A stretch of 64,000 nucleotides of DNA from an uncultured delta proteobacterium (lineage in GTDB: Bacteria; Myxococcota; UBA727; VGSZ01): positions 608,001 through 672,000 of the forward strand of contig CAVZJB010000005.1 in assembly GCA_963775425.1 (NCBI GenBank). Direction: 5' to 3'. The notes under the pieces are model-generated. The model saw only the letters and a program-made list of their open reading frames with translations. It was not told where the DNA came from and ran no database searches. Every line of letters starts with the position of its first letter. Within the stretch, counting starts at the first letter, position 1. The translations under genes were made by a program, and so were the position numbers. Below are positions 16,445 through 26,925 of the stretch, piece after piece.

Positions 16445-18340
16445 TCACCGCTTGCGGCGGCGCAGGCCGAGCCCGAGCAGCGCCACGAGGAGGGCGGCGG
16501 GCGCCCCCGGGACGCCGCTCGCGGCGCAGCCGAACAGGCCCTGCGGGGGCTTGTTCACCTTGGGCGCGGTGCAGGTGACGGTGATGGTGTAGTCGCCGGC
16601 GCTCGCGTTCGCGGGCAGCACGCCGAACTTCACGTTGGTGCCGTCGCCGTCGAGGGAGACGGCGTTGTCGGTCTTGTCGATGACGTCGCCGGCCGCGGGG
16701 CCGCGGGTGGCCACGAGGCTGATGTTGTTCTTGGCGGCGCCCTCGACGTCGACGGTGACGCGCTGGCCCTTGGGCAGGTCCACGGCGAACCAGTCGGCGT
16801 CGGCGGCCACGCCGTCGATGGAGTCGCCGCAGCGGAGGACCGTGGCGGTGTCGATGGTGTTGTCGTTTTCGTGGTTGTCGTCGCTGACGGACGCGCCCGC
16901 CTGCAGCGAGATGGTGCGCGAGTCGGTCTCGGTGACGTTGCCGACGAGGTCGGTGGCGCGCACGCTGAAGGTGCGGGAGCCGCTGCCGACGTTGAGGGTC
17001 CAGGTGTAGGTGGATCCCGCCACCACGCAGCCGACGGCGCCCTGGCCGGCGGGCGACGGGCAGGGGAAGCTCTCGAGGCCGTTGGGCCCGTTCCACACGA
17101 GCTCCGCCCGCGACAGGCCCGAGTCGTCGCCGATCTGCGCCACGACGTTGATGGGGCCGTTGGAGGGCAGCACGGCGCCGTCGGCGGGGGACGCGATGAT
17201 GACCTCCGGCGGGCCCGCGTCCTGCGGCGGGCCGGAGCCGTCGTCGGACAGCCAGATGGTGCGGCTCTCGGTGATGGCGTCGTTGCCGGAGGGGTCGCGC
17301 ACGTGGACGCGGAAGGTGCGGGAGCCCTCGCCGACGTTGATGTGCCAGGTGTAGGTGTCGCCGCTCTGGTCGCAGGAGTAGGCGCCGGTCTGGTCGATGG
17401 TGGCCGGGCAGAACATCGACTCCCCGGTGAAGTCCCACTGCAGCTCGACGACGGTGAGGCCGACGTCGTCGCTGGCGCTGGCGCTCACGGTGATCTCGGA
17501 GTTCGACTGGAGGATGTCGCCGTCGGCGGGGGACACGAGCGACACCGTCGGCGGCGCCGTGTCCTCGGGCGGCGGCGGCGGGACGGTGCCGTCGGAGGCG
17601 CCGATCACCTGGAGGATGGACTGCACGCTGTTCTGGCTGGCGCCGCCGCAGGAGCACTGGCGGGGCTCGTACTCACCGCAGGACGCCGCCTGGTCCTGGA
17701 AGGTCTTGGGGCCGCAGTCGGTGAGGTAGGTCATCGGGTCCTGGCAGAGGAACTCGTGGTCGAGGCCGAAGGCGTGGCTGACCTCCTGCGCCACCGTCTC
17801 GCAGATGCCCTGGGTGTCGTTGCCGTAGACGTCGGCGAAGGCGTAGACGATGGCGTTGGGGATGAGGCCGCAGGTGAACGGCGCGACGCCGCCGACGCCG
17901 AAGGGCATCCCCGCCTGGTCGGGGGTGCCGCCGACGACGGCCTCGACGTAGTCGCCGCTGGCGGGCTCGACGTCGGTGACGGTGATGTTGAACTGCGAGA
18001 ACTCGTCGGTGACGCAGGCCATGACGTCGGCCCAGCGCGAGTCGCTGAGGGAGAACGCGCCGACGTTGCCGCTGGCGTTGCTGCCGCACACCACGGAGGA
18101 GAGGTTGTGCGAGCTGTCGTCGTCGCCGCAGGAGTAGTGCCCGCCGTGGCGGTTCAGGTAGACCGGCAGGCGCTCGCCGGTCGCGTACAGCCGCGTCTGG
18201 GGCGGCGGCGCGATCTTGATCATCGACGGGAAGGGCCGGTTCAGCCGGGCTGCCTCGCGCGCGGCTTCGAGCGGGGTGAAGGCCGAGGCGGGAACGGCGG
18301 CGACGGCGGCAGCGAGGATCACCAGCGAGCGAACGATCAC
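16445..18340 (-). CDS. Secreted metzincin-like domain with tandem Ig-like (Big) domains, PPC-like domain and MYXO-CTERM
   Basis: GGAGG RBS before GTG 18340. AQEVSHAFGLDH...DPMTY. Two repeats of D..PP.V...SPADG...GSRTF.V..D..GN..T.SRTI. C-terminus GCAASG..LLVALLGLGLRRRKR. Confidence 0.8.
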   Translation of the reverse strand: MIVRSLVILAAAVAAVPASAFTPLEAAREAARLNRPFPSMIKIAPPPQTRLYATGERLPVYLNRHGGHYSCGDDDSSHNLSSVVCGSNASGNVGAFSLSDSRWADVMACVTDEFSQFNITVTDVEPASGDYVEAVVGGTPDQAGMPFGVGGVAPFTCGLIPNAIVYAFADVYGNDTQGICETVAQEVSHAFGLDHEFLCQDPMTYLTDCGPKTFQDQAASCGEYEPRQCSCGGASQNSVQSILQVIGASDGTVPPPPPEDTAPPTVSLVSPADGDILQSNSEITVSASASDDVGLTVVELQWDFTGESMFCPATIDQTGAYSCDQSGDTYTWHINVGEGSRTFRVHVRDPSGNDAITESRTIWLSDDGSGPPQDAGPPEVIIASPADGAVLPSNGPINVVAQIGDDSGLSRAELVWNGPNGLESFPCPSPAGQGAVGCVVAGSTYTWTLNVGSGSRTFSVRATDLVGNVTETDSRTISLQAGASVSDDNHENDNTIDTATVLRCGDSIDGVAADADWFAVDLPKGQRVTVDVEGAAKNNISLVATRGPAAGDVIDKTDNAVSLDGDGTNVKFGVLPANASAGDYTITVTCTAPKVNKPPQGLFGCAASGVPGAPAALLVALLGLGLRRRKR

Positions 18341-18593
18341 GGAGACCTCCAAGGAGTGTGCGCTGGTTTCCATACTTCGTGCCAGCCTTCCTTACGCCGT
18401 CCCCAAAGCCGGGAACCGCGTCCAGATGCGCTGAAGTCTCGTGTGGGCACAGGTGGGTGTCAGTCCTCCTGTCTACCGAGGGATCACCCCGATCGTGCGC
18501 CCTGACAACAGCTTTCGGTGACTGTCATCACGCATCTGTCGTCGCCGGCCCCACACATGCCGCGCGTCCAGCGACCGGAGGGAGCGGTCGTGA

Positions 18594-20486
18594 TCACGCC
18601 GGGAGATCGATCGCGAAGCTCGCGCCCCCCAGGGGAGACGTCTCCACCGCCAGCTCGCCCTTGTGCTCGAGGACGATCTCCCTCGCGAGCATCAGGCCGA
18701 GCCCCGTGCCCGAGGGCTTGGTCGTGAAGAACGGCTGAAAGAGCTTGTCCTTGACGTCGTCGGGGACGCCGGGGCCCGTGTCCTCGACGGTGACGCGGGC
18801 GCCCTTGGGGCTCGCCCGGGCTCCGATGCGCACGGTGCCGCCGTGGCCGGCGGCCTCGACGCCGTTTCTGAGCAGGTTCAGCACGGCCTGGCGCAGGCGC
18901 GCGGGGTCGTGCGGCACCGCCGGGAGCCCGGGCTCCACGTTCAGCTCGAGCATCACGCCCGCCTTGGCGGCGTCGCCCTGGGAGAAGGCCACGAGGTCCG
19001 CGAGCAGGTCGCCGACGTCGGCGGCCACGCGCCTGGTGGCGGGCAGCCGGGCGAAGCGCAGGTAGCCCTCCGTGATCTGCGTGAGGCGCTCCACCTCGCT
19101 GCCCACGGCGTCGAGGATGGCGCGCACCTCCTTCTGGCGGTCCGCGGGCAGCGCCGGCACGTCGTCGCCGAGGAGATCGATGTTGAGCGCCACCGAGCTC
19201 AGGGGATTTCTGATCTCGTGCGTGATCTGCGCGGCCAGCCGGCCGATGGCGGCCAGCCGCTCCGACTGCAACAGCCGCTCGCGCGTCTCCTCGCGCAACG
19301 TCACGTCCTCGCCGAGCACCAGCACGTCCGGCAGGGACGCGCCCGCGCGATCGCGCATCGGCACCAGGATGACGTCGACGACGCGCTCGCCCAGGCGCAC
19401 CAGCGGGAAGGTGGCCATCTCGCCCTTGGCCCGCACCGCGTCGATGGCCTCGACCACCGGGGCCAGGGCCGGCCGCAGCGCCGGCTCGATGAGCTCCCCG
19501 AGCGGGCGGCCGTCGACGTCGACGAGCGGCAGGTGGAACACCGAGCGCGCCGCGGGGTTCAGCGTGCGCACCCGGCCGGCGTCGTCGACGACGACGATGC
19601 CGACGCGGACGGAGCGGATGACGTTTTCGGCGAAGCCGGTGAGGCGCATGAGCTCCTCGCTGCGCGCGGCCAGCACGCTCTGCCGGTCGGACAGCGCCTG
19701 CGCCATCGCGTTCAGCTCCTGCGCAAGCTCGCCGACCTCGTCGTCGCCGGGGTTCTCCACGCGCACGTCGAGGGAGCCGCGGCCGACGGCCTTGGCGATG
19801 CCCACGAGATCGCGCAGCGGCTTGAGCGCCCGCAGCATCATGACGAGCACCACCGCCCCCGTCGCCGCCGCCAGCAGCGACAAGAGCACCACCGCGTACG
19901 CCGCGTCCTTCTCGTCGCGCTCGGCGCGCAGCACCGCCTCGGAGACCTTGCCGTCGACGGCGACGCTCAACGAGCGCAGCTCGCGCGAGAAGCTGTCGCC
20001 ACGCTCCCGCTGCTCGTCGCGCAGCGCGGCCGTGTCGGCGTCGGCCGCGGCGTGGTCGAGGAGCTTGGCGGTGCTCTCGTCGTAGGCGTCGTTGAGCTCC
20101 TGCGCCTGCTTCACCCGCTCGATGATGGTGGTGAGGAAGCGAACGTCGTCGTCGCGCAGGTGGCCGCCCTGGAGCTCCTTGGCGAGCGAGTCCATCTCGT
20201 CGAGGCGGTCGCGCACCGCCCGCGCATACAGCTCGCGTGCATACGCGACGAGCTGGCGGCGCAGCTCGGGTGCCTGGGTGGCGAGCGCGCGGGTCACGTA
20301 GGCGTCCTTGGCCTCCTGGAGCGTGCGCACCTGGGTCGCGGTCCGCCCCATGGCCAGGTAGCCGCGGTGGATGAGGACCAGGTCCTCGCGGATGGCGTGG
20401 AGCCGACGCACCGACAGGACGCTCGCCCCCGCGAACACGAGGAGCAGCACCAGGAAGCCGGCGAAGATGCGGGAGGACAAACCCAC
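18594..20486 (-). CDS. Membrane sensor histidine kinase (HAMP, PAS, HisKA, HATPase)
   Basis: Two TM segments, HAMP (DDEVGELAQELNAM), PAS (LNPAA), H-box THEIRNPL, NLLRNG, DTGPG, FQPFFTTK, GTGLGL. GTG 20486 start inferred. Confidence 0.9.
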   Translation of the reverse strand: MGLSSRIFAGFLVLLLVFAGASVLSVRRLHAIREDLVLIHRGYLAMGRTATQVRTLQEAKDAYVTRALATQAPELRRQLVAYARELYARAVRDRLDEMDSLAKELQGGHLRDDDVRFLTTIIERVKQAQELNDAYDESTAKLLDHAAADADTAALRDEQRERGDSFSRELRSLSVAVDGKVSEAVLRAERDEKDAAYAVVLLSLLAAATGAVVLVMMLRALKPLRDLVGIAKAVGRGSLDVRVENPGDDEVGELAQELNAMAQALSDRQSVLAARSEELMRLTGFAENVIRSVRVGIVVVDDAGRVRTLNPAARSVFHLPLVDVDGRPLGELIEPALRPALAPVVEAIDAVRAKGEMATFPLVRLGERVVDVILVPMRDRAGASLPDVLVLGEDVTLREETRERLLQSERLAAIGRLAAQITHEIRNPLSSVALNIDLLGDDVPALPADRQKEVRAILDAVGSEVERLTQITEGYLRFARLPATRRVAADVGDLLADLVAFSQGDAAKAGVMLELNVEPGLPAVPHDPARLRQAVLNLLRNGVEAAGHGGTVRIGARASPKGARVTVEDTGPGVPDDVKDKLFQPFFTTKPSGTGLGLMLAREIVLEHKGELAVETSPLGGASFAIDLPA

Positions 20487-20526
20487 GCTTTGAACAACCT
20501 CGACGCCAATGGTAGGACGCAGGCCC

Positions 20527-22185
20527 ATGCTGCGCATCTTCCCCGCCGTGCTCGTCGTCGCTCTGGCCTCTCCCGCGGGCGCGCAGGTGATCCACAGGGA
20601 TCCGCCTGCGGCGAAGAAGCCGGCCGACGACAAGAAGCCCGACGACAAGAAGGCCGACGACAAGGCCGATGAAGACAAGGCCGGCGACGACGACATCCTC
20701 GCCCCCGAGGGCGCCGAAAAGGCCACCGGACCCGTCGAGCAGAAGCCCAAGGCGTACAGCGTCGGTCTCGTCGCCATCGTCCCCGTCGGCGAGGCGGGCA
20801 AGACCGCCGCCGACACCGCCACCACCGGCCTGTTGAAGGAGCTCGGCGCGGGGCACGTGTTCGCCACCGCGCCCCTCGCCGTCGACGTCGGCGGCGGCGC
20901 CGGCGCCCCCGATCAGGCGGCGGCGCAAGCCGCGTTGAAGGACGCCAAGGCCGCGTTCGACAAGGGCCACCTCGCCCTCGACAAGCTCAAGATGGGCATC
21001 GCCAAGAAGGCGTTCGCGAGCGCGCTCGCGAGCTACGAGAAGGCCGCGCCCGTCCTCAAGGACGCCACCCAGCTCTTCGACTGCCACGTCTTCCTCGCCG
21101 AGGTCGCCGCGCGCGAGGGCCGCGACGCGGACGCCGACGTCGAGCTCACCGCCGCCGCCGCGCTCGACCCGGAGCGCAACCTCGACACCAAGCGCTACCC
21201 GGGCGCGTTCATCACCAGCTACGAAAAGGCGCGCGACAAGCTCTTGAAGAAGGCGAAGGACGGCGGGCCAGGGCGCGGCAGCATCGTCGTGGACCCGAGC
21301 GGCGCCGGCGCCTCCGTCGAGGTCGACGGCCGCGCCACCGCGGGCGCGCCGGTCACGGTCAACGAGGTCCCGGTCGGCCGGCACCTGGTGCGCGCGCTCC
21401 GTGAGGGGCTCCCCGGCTACGGCACCATCGTCGAGGTGAAGGCGGGAGAGACGGTCACCGTGTCCCCCGGCTTCATCGCGCAAAACGGCAACAGCTACGT
21501 CGATGATCTCCAGAACAACCGCCTGACGCCCGCGGCCGCCAAGGCCGTCGCCGCCGCGGCCAAGGCCGCGTCGCTCAAGGGCGCCGTCGTCGGCGTGGTC
21601 AACAAGACCGCCACCGGCAGCGAGGTCCAGCTCGTCCTCGTCGACGCCGGCGGCGCCGGCATGAAGGAGCTGCCGGCGCTCGAGTTCACCGGCGACATGC
21701 TCGACATCGGCATCGAGACCCTCAAGGCGCGCGACGCCATCGAGGCCGCCTTCGACAAGCCCGCGTTCGAGACGGCCGCCATCGACACGCTCGTCGAGGG
21801 CGCCACCGCCAGCGCCGCCCGCATGGCCACGTTCGCCATGCGCTTCGACGTGCAGGCGTTGAAGGCGCCCTCGCGCTCGCGCCTGGTGACCGACGAGGGC
21901 GAGGGCCGCGCCAAGGTGCTCGCCGCCGGAAAGAGCGGGACGCGCGCGCGCCTCGACGACGACGAGGACCCGTACGCGATCCACGACGACAACAGCAAGG
22001 CCGCCGTCCCGGATCCGGACGCGCCCATGACCGACCAGGCCTGGTTCTGGCCCACCGTCATCGGCGGCGGCGCCGGCGCCCTCGTCGTCCTCGGCGGCGC
22101 CGCCTACGCCTCGCTGGTGGCGGCCAAGGTCGTGCCCGACCCGCGCCCCGCGGGCGGCGCCCAGATCCACGTCGCCCTTCCGTGA
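20527..22185 (+). CDS. PEGA-domain protein with TPR-like helices and C-terminal TM
   Basis: Signal peptide. GSIVVDPSGAGASVEVDG...VPVGRHLVRALREG (PEGA). QAWFWPTVIGG tail typical of myxobacteria. Confidence 0.75.
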   Translation: MLRIFPAVLVVALASPAGAQVIHRDPPAAKKPADDKKPDDKKADDKADEDKAGDDDILAPEGAEKATGPVEQKPKAYSVGLVAIVPVGEAGKTAADTATTGLLKELGAGHVFATAPLAVDVGGGAGAPDQAAAQAALKDAKAAFDKGHLALDKLKMGIAKKAFASALASYEKAAPVLKDATQLFDCHVFLAEVAAREGRDADADVELTAAAALDPERNLDTKRYPGAFITSYEKARDKLLKKAKDGGPGRGSIVVDPSGAGASVEVDGRATAGAPVTVNEVPVGRHLVRALREGLPGYGTIVEVKAGETVTVSPGFIAQNGNSYVDDLQNNRLTPAAAKAVAAAAKAASLKGAVVGVVNKTATGSEVQLVLVDAGGAGMKELPALEFTGDMLDIGIETLKARDAIEAAFDKPAFETAAIDTLVEGATASAARMATFAMRFDVQALKAPSRSRLVTDEGEGRAKVLAAGKSGTRARLDDDEDPYAIHDDNSKAAVPDPDAPMTDQAWFWPTVIGGGAGALVVLGGAAYASLVAAKVVPDPRPAGGAQIHVALP

Positions 22186-23861
22186 CAGGCCCTGCCGTGA
22201 TGAGGACCCCCATGCCCAGGCTCTTTCCCGTCGCAGGCGCGGCGCTCGCGCTCGCGCTCGCGGCCGGCTGCACCAAGACCGTGTCCGTCGATCTCTCGCT
22301 CGTCGAGCCCTGCGATCAGAAGGACCAGGCGCTCAACGGCGTGTCGAGCTTCACCGTGTCGAGCACCGGCTCCACGCTCGGCGACAACGCCGTCTCCTTC
22401 AGCATCGACCAGGGCGTGGCGCCCCTCGACGTGGGCCTCGGCAACGTCGTCATCACCGTCCAGGCCTTCGCCGACGACGTCTCCGCCGGCGGCGCCGGTG
22501 GCGCGTTGCCGCAATCCGTGGGCCGCACCGTGCCCCTGCCCATCACGGAGGCGAGCGGGGACTTCAAGAGCATCGTCGTCGTCGGCGAGCGTGACTCCTT
22601 CGGAAAGACCACCGGCGCCGACGGCAAGTGCACCTCCATGACGGCGAGCGCCGCCGTCAAGGGAAGGCACGGTCACACCGCCACGTTCATCCCGGGGCTC
22701 AACAAGGTGCTCATCTTCGGCGGCGCCGTGTTCGAGGCGGACGGCGTCACCGAGGACTTCCTGTCGTCCGCGGAGCTGTACGATCCCGCCACCGGCACGT
22801 TCGAGGAGCTCCCGGACACCGGAATCTCGCGCGCGTACCACGCCGCCACCGCGCTCCCCGATGGGCGCGTGCTCATCACCGGCGGCCTCGGCATCCAATC
22901 CGGTCACGTCATCGCGCTGGCCAACGGCGTCGTCTTCGATCCGCAGCTCGGCGCGGACTTCCCCTACCAGAACGTCGGGCTGGTTCAGGCGCGCGCGCAT
23001 CACACGCAGACGCTCCTCGAGGGCGCCGGCATCATCGTGGTGACCGGCGGCTGCGTCCGGGCCAACGACGCCGACCACTGCACCACCACCCAAGCGGGCG
23101 CTGGCGGCGTCGGCAAGACCACGGAATCCACGGGCGCCGACGGCCAGGTCCACGCGCTCGTCACCGAGACCTTCAACATCAAGGACGCGGTGCTGGCCTC
23201 CACGCCCGTGCCCCCGAACGCAGGCCTCACCCACGGCCGCGCCTTCCACCAGGCGACCGCGCTCGGCAGCGGCACCAACGAGATCCTCGTCGTCAGCGGC
23301 GGCGCCGACGCCGACGGCCCCGTCCCCGACATCGAGGTGTTCCGCGCGGCGAACGGGGAGCTCGCGCACGTGGCGGGCACCGAGGGCAACATCGGCTTTC
23401 CGCAGGACAAGGTGCCCGTGCGCCACGCCGCCGTCGCCATAGACGATCAGCGCATCCTGATGATCGGCGGCCAGACCGAGGCGCCCGACGGGTTGCCGTC
23501 GGGGCCGGCGAGCGCGGACGTCTTCTTCTTCTCCACCGCGGCCGGGGTCGATCGCGACCACCCGGTGGAGCTGCTCCAGGGCGGCCGCACGGGAGCGCTC
23601 GCCGCGCAGATGAGCGACGGCTCCATCGTCGTCATCGGCGGCCCCACGGCGCCGGGCCAGCCGGCGGCGGAGGTGCTGCGGCCGGGCGTGGGCACCGGGC
23701 TCCTCACGGCGGAGCCGCTGTCGGGGCCGCCGCTCGGCCAGGCGCGCGACCACGCCGCGCTCACCGTGCTCCCCAACAACGAGCTGCTCTACTCGGGCGG
23801 CCACACCACGTCGGCGCCGTTCACCACCACCAACGCGGTCGACGTCTACTTCGGCGACTGA
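22182..23861 (+). CDS. Kelch-repeat lipoprotein
   Basis: Lipobox LAAGC. Repeats RHGHTAT..KVLIFGG, RAYHAATALPDGRVLITGG, RDHAALTVL..LLYSGG. Start could be 22200 or 22212. Confidence 0.8.
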   Translation: MTGPAVMRTPMPRLFPVAGAALALALAAGCTKTVSVDLSLVEPCDQKDQALNGVSSFTVSSTGSTLGDNAVSFSIDQGVAPLDVGLGNVVITVQAFADDVSAGGAGGALPQSVGRTVPLPITEASGDFKSIVVVGERDSFGKTTGADGKCTSMTASAAVKGRHGHTATFIPGLNKVLIFGGAVFEADGVTEDFLSSAELYDPATGTFEELPDTGISRAYHAATALPDGRVLITGGLGIQSGHVIALANGVVFDPQLGADFPYQNVGLVQARAHHTQTLLEGAGIIVVTGGCVRANDADHCTTTQAGAGGVGKTTESTGADGQVHALVTETFNIKDAVLASTPVPPNAGLTHGRAFHQATALGSGTNEILVVSGGADADGPVPDIEVFRAANGELAHVAGTEGNIGFPQDKVPVRHAAVAIDDQRILMIGGQTEAPDGLPSGPASADVFFFSTAAGVDRDHPVELLQGGRTGALAAQMSDGSIVVIGGPTAPGQPAAEVLRPGVGTGLLTAEPLSGPPLGQARDHAALTVLPNNELLYSGGHTTSAPFTTTNAVDVYFGD

Positions 23862-23888
23862 CGACGGCGTCGCACGGAAGGTGCGCAA

Positions 23889-24941
<1,053 letters not shown>

Positions 24942-25003
24942 GCGGCGCCGCGAGCTTTGCGGCGCGGCTGCACGCCGGAGCGCTTCCGGTCTAGATTGGG
25001 CGT

Positions 25004-26383
25004 ATGACCGACCCGCCGATGGGGACGCCGGCCGAGAAGCTCGCCGCGCTGAACGAGCGCCTGAAGGGGCCGGAGCTGCTCGCGCTGCTCAACATCAAGA
25101 GCGGCCCCGCGCCCGACGTCCTCGTCCGGCGCGTCAACGACCTGCGCGAGGTCGTGATGGGCCTGTGCTCGCACCTCGCGCCCGACGATCCGGTGCGCGC
25201 CGCCGCCCTCGAGCGGCTCAAGGGCGTCGAGCGGCTGCTCCAGGACCCCTTCGAGTGGCACATCCTCAGCCGGGCGAGCGAGCTGCGGCAGGACGTGAAC
25301 GATCCCGCGGTGCACGCCCTCATCGAGGCCGGCTTCTTCGAGGAGCACGTGCCGCGCATGGTGTGGCTGAGCGCGCCGCCCGACGGCGGCAACGCCGACC
25401 TGCGCAAGAGCATGCGCCTCCCCGTGGCCGTGGGCGTCGAGCTCGACGCCGGCGCCGGCAACCGCGTGCGCTGCCACACGCTGAACCTCTCGCGCGACGG
25501 CGTCTGCCTCGATCTCCCCGCCGGCTTCAACGCCGGCAGCGTGAGCATGGTGCTCGATCTCACGAGCACGGGCGTCAAGCTCCCCGTCACCGGCGACGTC
25601 ATGTGGCGCGAGGGCGTGCGCGCCGGCGTCTCGTTCAAGATCGGCGTCAACGAGCGCAACGCCATCGACGCCGCGTTGCGCGCGCACTTCGCGGATCTGT
25701 CGCGCGCGGTGGACCGCTGGCGCCAGGTGGCGCCCCACAGCGCCGCCGCGCTCGCATGCGCGCACCTCATCGGTTACGCGTCGAGCGCCCTGCCGAGCAC
25801 GCGCCGCGAGCACCTCGACAAGCTCGCCGCCGCGGCCGAGGCCGATCGCGGCCAGAAGGAGCTGCAGCTCGCGCTCGCCAAGCTCCACCTCGAAGAGGGC
25901 GAATTCGACAACGCCGCCACCGTGTTGAAGCGGGTCGTGGTCGCCGATCGCGCCGACGCGCGCTGGCGGCTGCTCGATCAGACGCTCGCGCAACGCACCG
26001 GGCGGCGCGTAGGCGGCGGCGGCGGTCCCATCGGGGGCCCGATGCAGATCGCCATCGCCGCGCTCCTCGGCGTCGGGCTCGTCGTCGCGGTGGGCTTCGC
26101 GGTGGTGTCCATGCAGCAGCCGCTCAAGGACGCGCCCGTGCCGTCGACGGGCCTGCGCTGCACCCAGCTCCAGATCGTGCAGACCAACGCCTTGTGCACC
26201 ATGGACAGCGGCGCCTACGCCAGGCTCGCGCCCGGGGACAAGGCGCGCCTCGCCAAGGACACGCTGCACGCGCTCGACTCGTACGGCGTGAGCTTCGTCA
26301 CCGTGTACGGCTCGCACGACGAGGGCGTGCTCGACACGTTCAGCCGCGCGGTGCTCGACGCCGTGCCGCCCCGCGCGCCCTGA
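25004..26383 (+). CDS. PilZ-domain membrane protein with TPR-like segment
   Basis: RKSMR (RxxxR) and NLSRDG (D/NxSxxG) c-di-GMP motifs. LALAKLHLEEGEFDNA TPR-like helix. One TM. Confidence 0.65.
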   Translation: MTDPPMGTPAEKLAALNERLKGPELLALLNIKSGPAPDVLVRRVNDLREVVMGLCSHLAPDDPVRAAALERLKGVERLLQDPFEWHILSRASELRQDVNDPAVHALIEAGFFEEHVPRMVWLSAPPDGGNADLRKSMRLPVAVGVELDAGAGNRVRCHTLNLSRDGVCLDLPAGFNAGSVSMVLDLTSTGVKLPVTGDVMWREGVRAGVSFKIGVNERNAIDAALRAHFADLSRAVDRWRQVAPHSAAALACAHLIGYASSALPSTRREHLDKLAAAAEADRGQKELQLALAKLHLEEGEFDNAATVLKRVVVADRADARWRLLDQTLAQRTGRRVGGGGGPIGGPMQIAIAALLGVGLVVAVGFAVVSMQQPLKDAPVPSTGLRCTQLQIVQTNALCTMDSGAYARLAPGDKARLAKDTLHALDSYGVSFVTVYGSHDEGVLDTFSRAVLDAVPPRAP

Positions 26384-26389
26384 CAGGCG

Positions 26390-26836
26390 TCAGCGACAGA
26401 CGTTCGTCGGGTGCTGGAGCCCCGTGGTGTCGTAGGTGCGGCCGGTGGTGAAGAAGATGTCGCCCTTCACGTGGCCCTTGCAGCCGGACGCGATGATGAT
26501 CCAGTCGACGGGGTTGCTGGTCGTCTTGGTGAACCTGTAGGCGTAGCGCCGAGACGTCCCCGTGACGCCGTAGCCGAGCGCGTTGGTGGGGAACGGTGCG
26601 TCGCAGAGCGCGTTGAAATCGAACGCGCCGCTGGTGTCGAGCGCGATGTCTTCCTTGCGACCGACGGCGATCCTCTGGAGGCGGTTGGCGATGACCTCCG
26701 CCTCGGTCTGCTCCGCGTGGCAACTGAACTTCTGGTAGTTCGGCACAGCGATCGCGGAGAGGATGCCGACGATGGCAACCACGATCATCAGCTCGATGAG
26801 TGTGAATGCTCGCACCTGGTGGGAGGATCGCCGCAT
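26390..26836 (-). CDS. Type IV pilin-like protein (N-terminal methylation motif)
   Basis: RA|FTLIELMIVVAIVGILSAIAVPNYQKF with E5, and four Cys in the mature part. ATG 26836. Confidence 0.8.
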   Translation of the reverse strand: MRRSSHQVRAFTLIELMIVVAIVGILSAIAVPNYQKFSCHAEQTEAEVIANRLQRIAVGRKEDIALDTSGAFDFNALCDAPFPTNALGYGVTGTSRRYAYRFTKTTSNPVDWIIIASGCKGHVKGDIFFTTGRTYDTTGLQHPTNVCR

Positions 26837-26925
26837 GCTTCGAGTATGTCGCAAATCGACACGTTTCTGGTAGAGCCCGCAGACCCTGCTAGCGTGATCG
26901 TGTTGCTGCTGCTTAGCCGCGCGAG

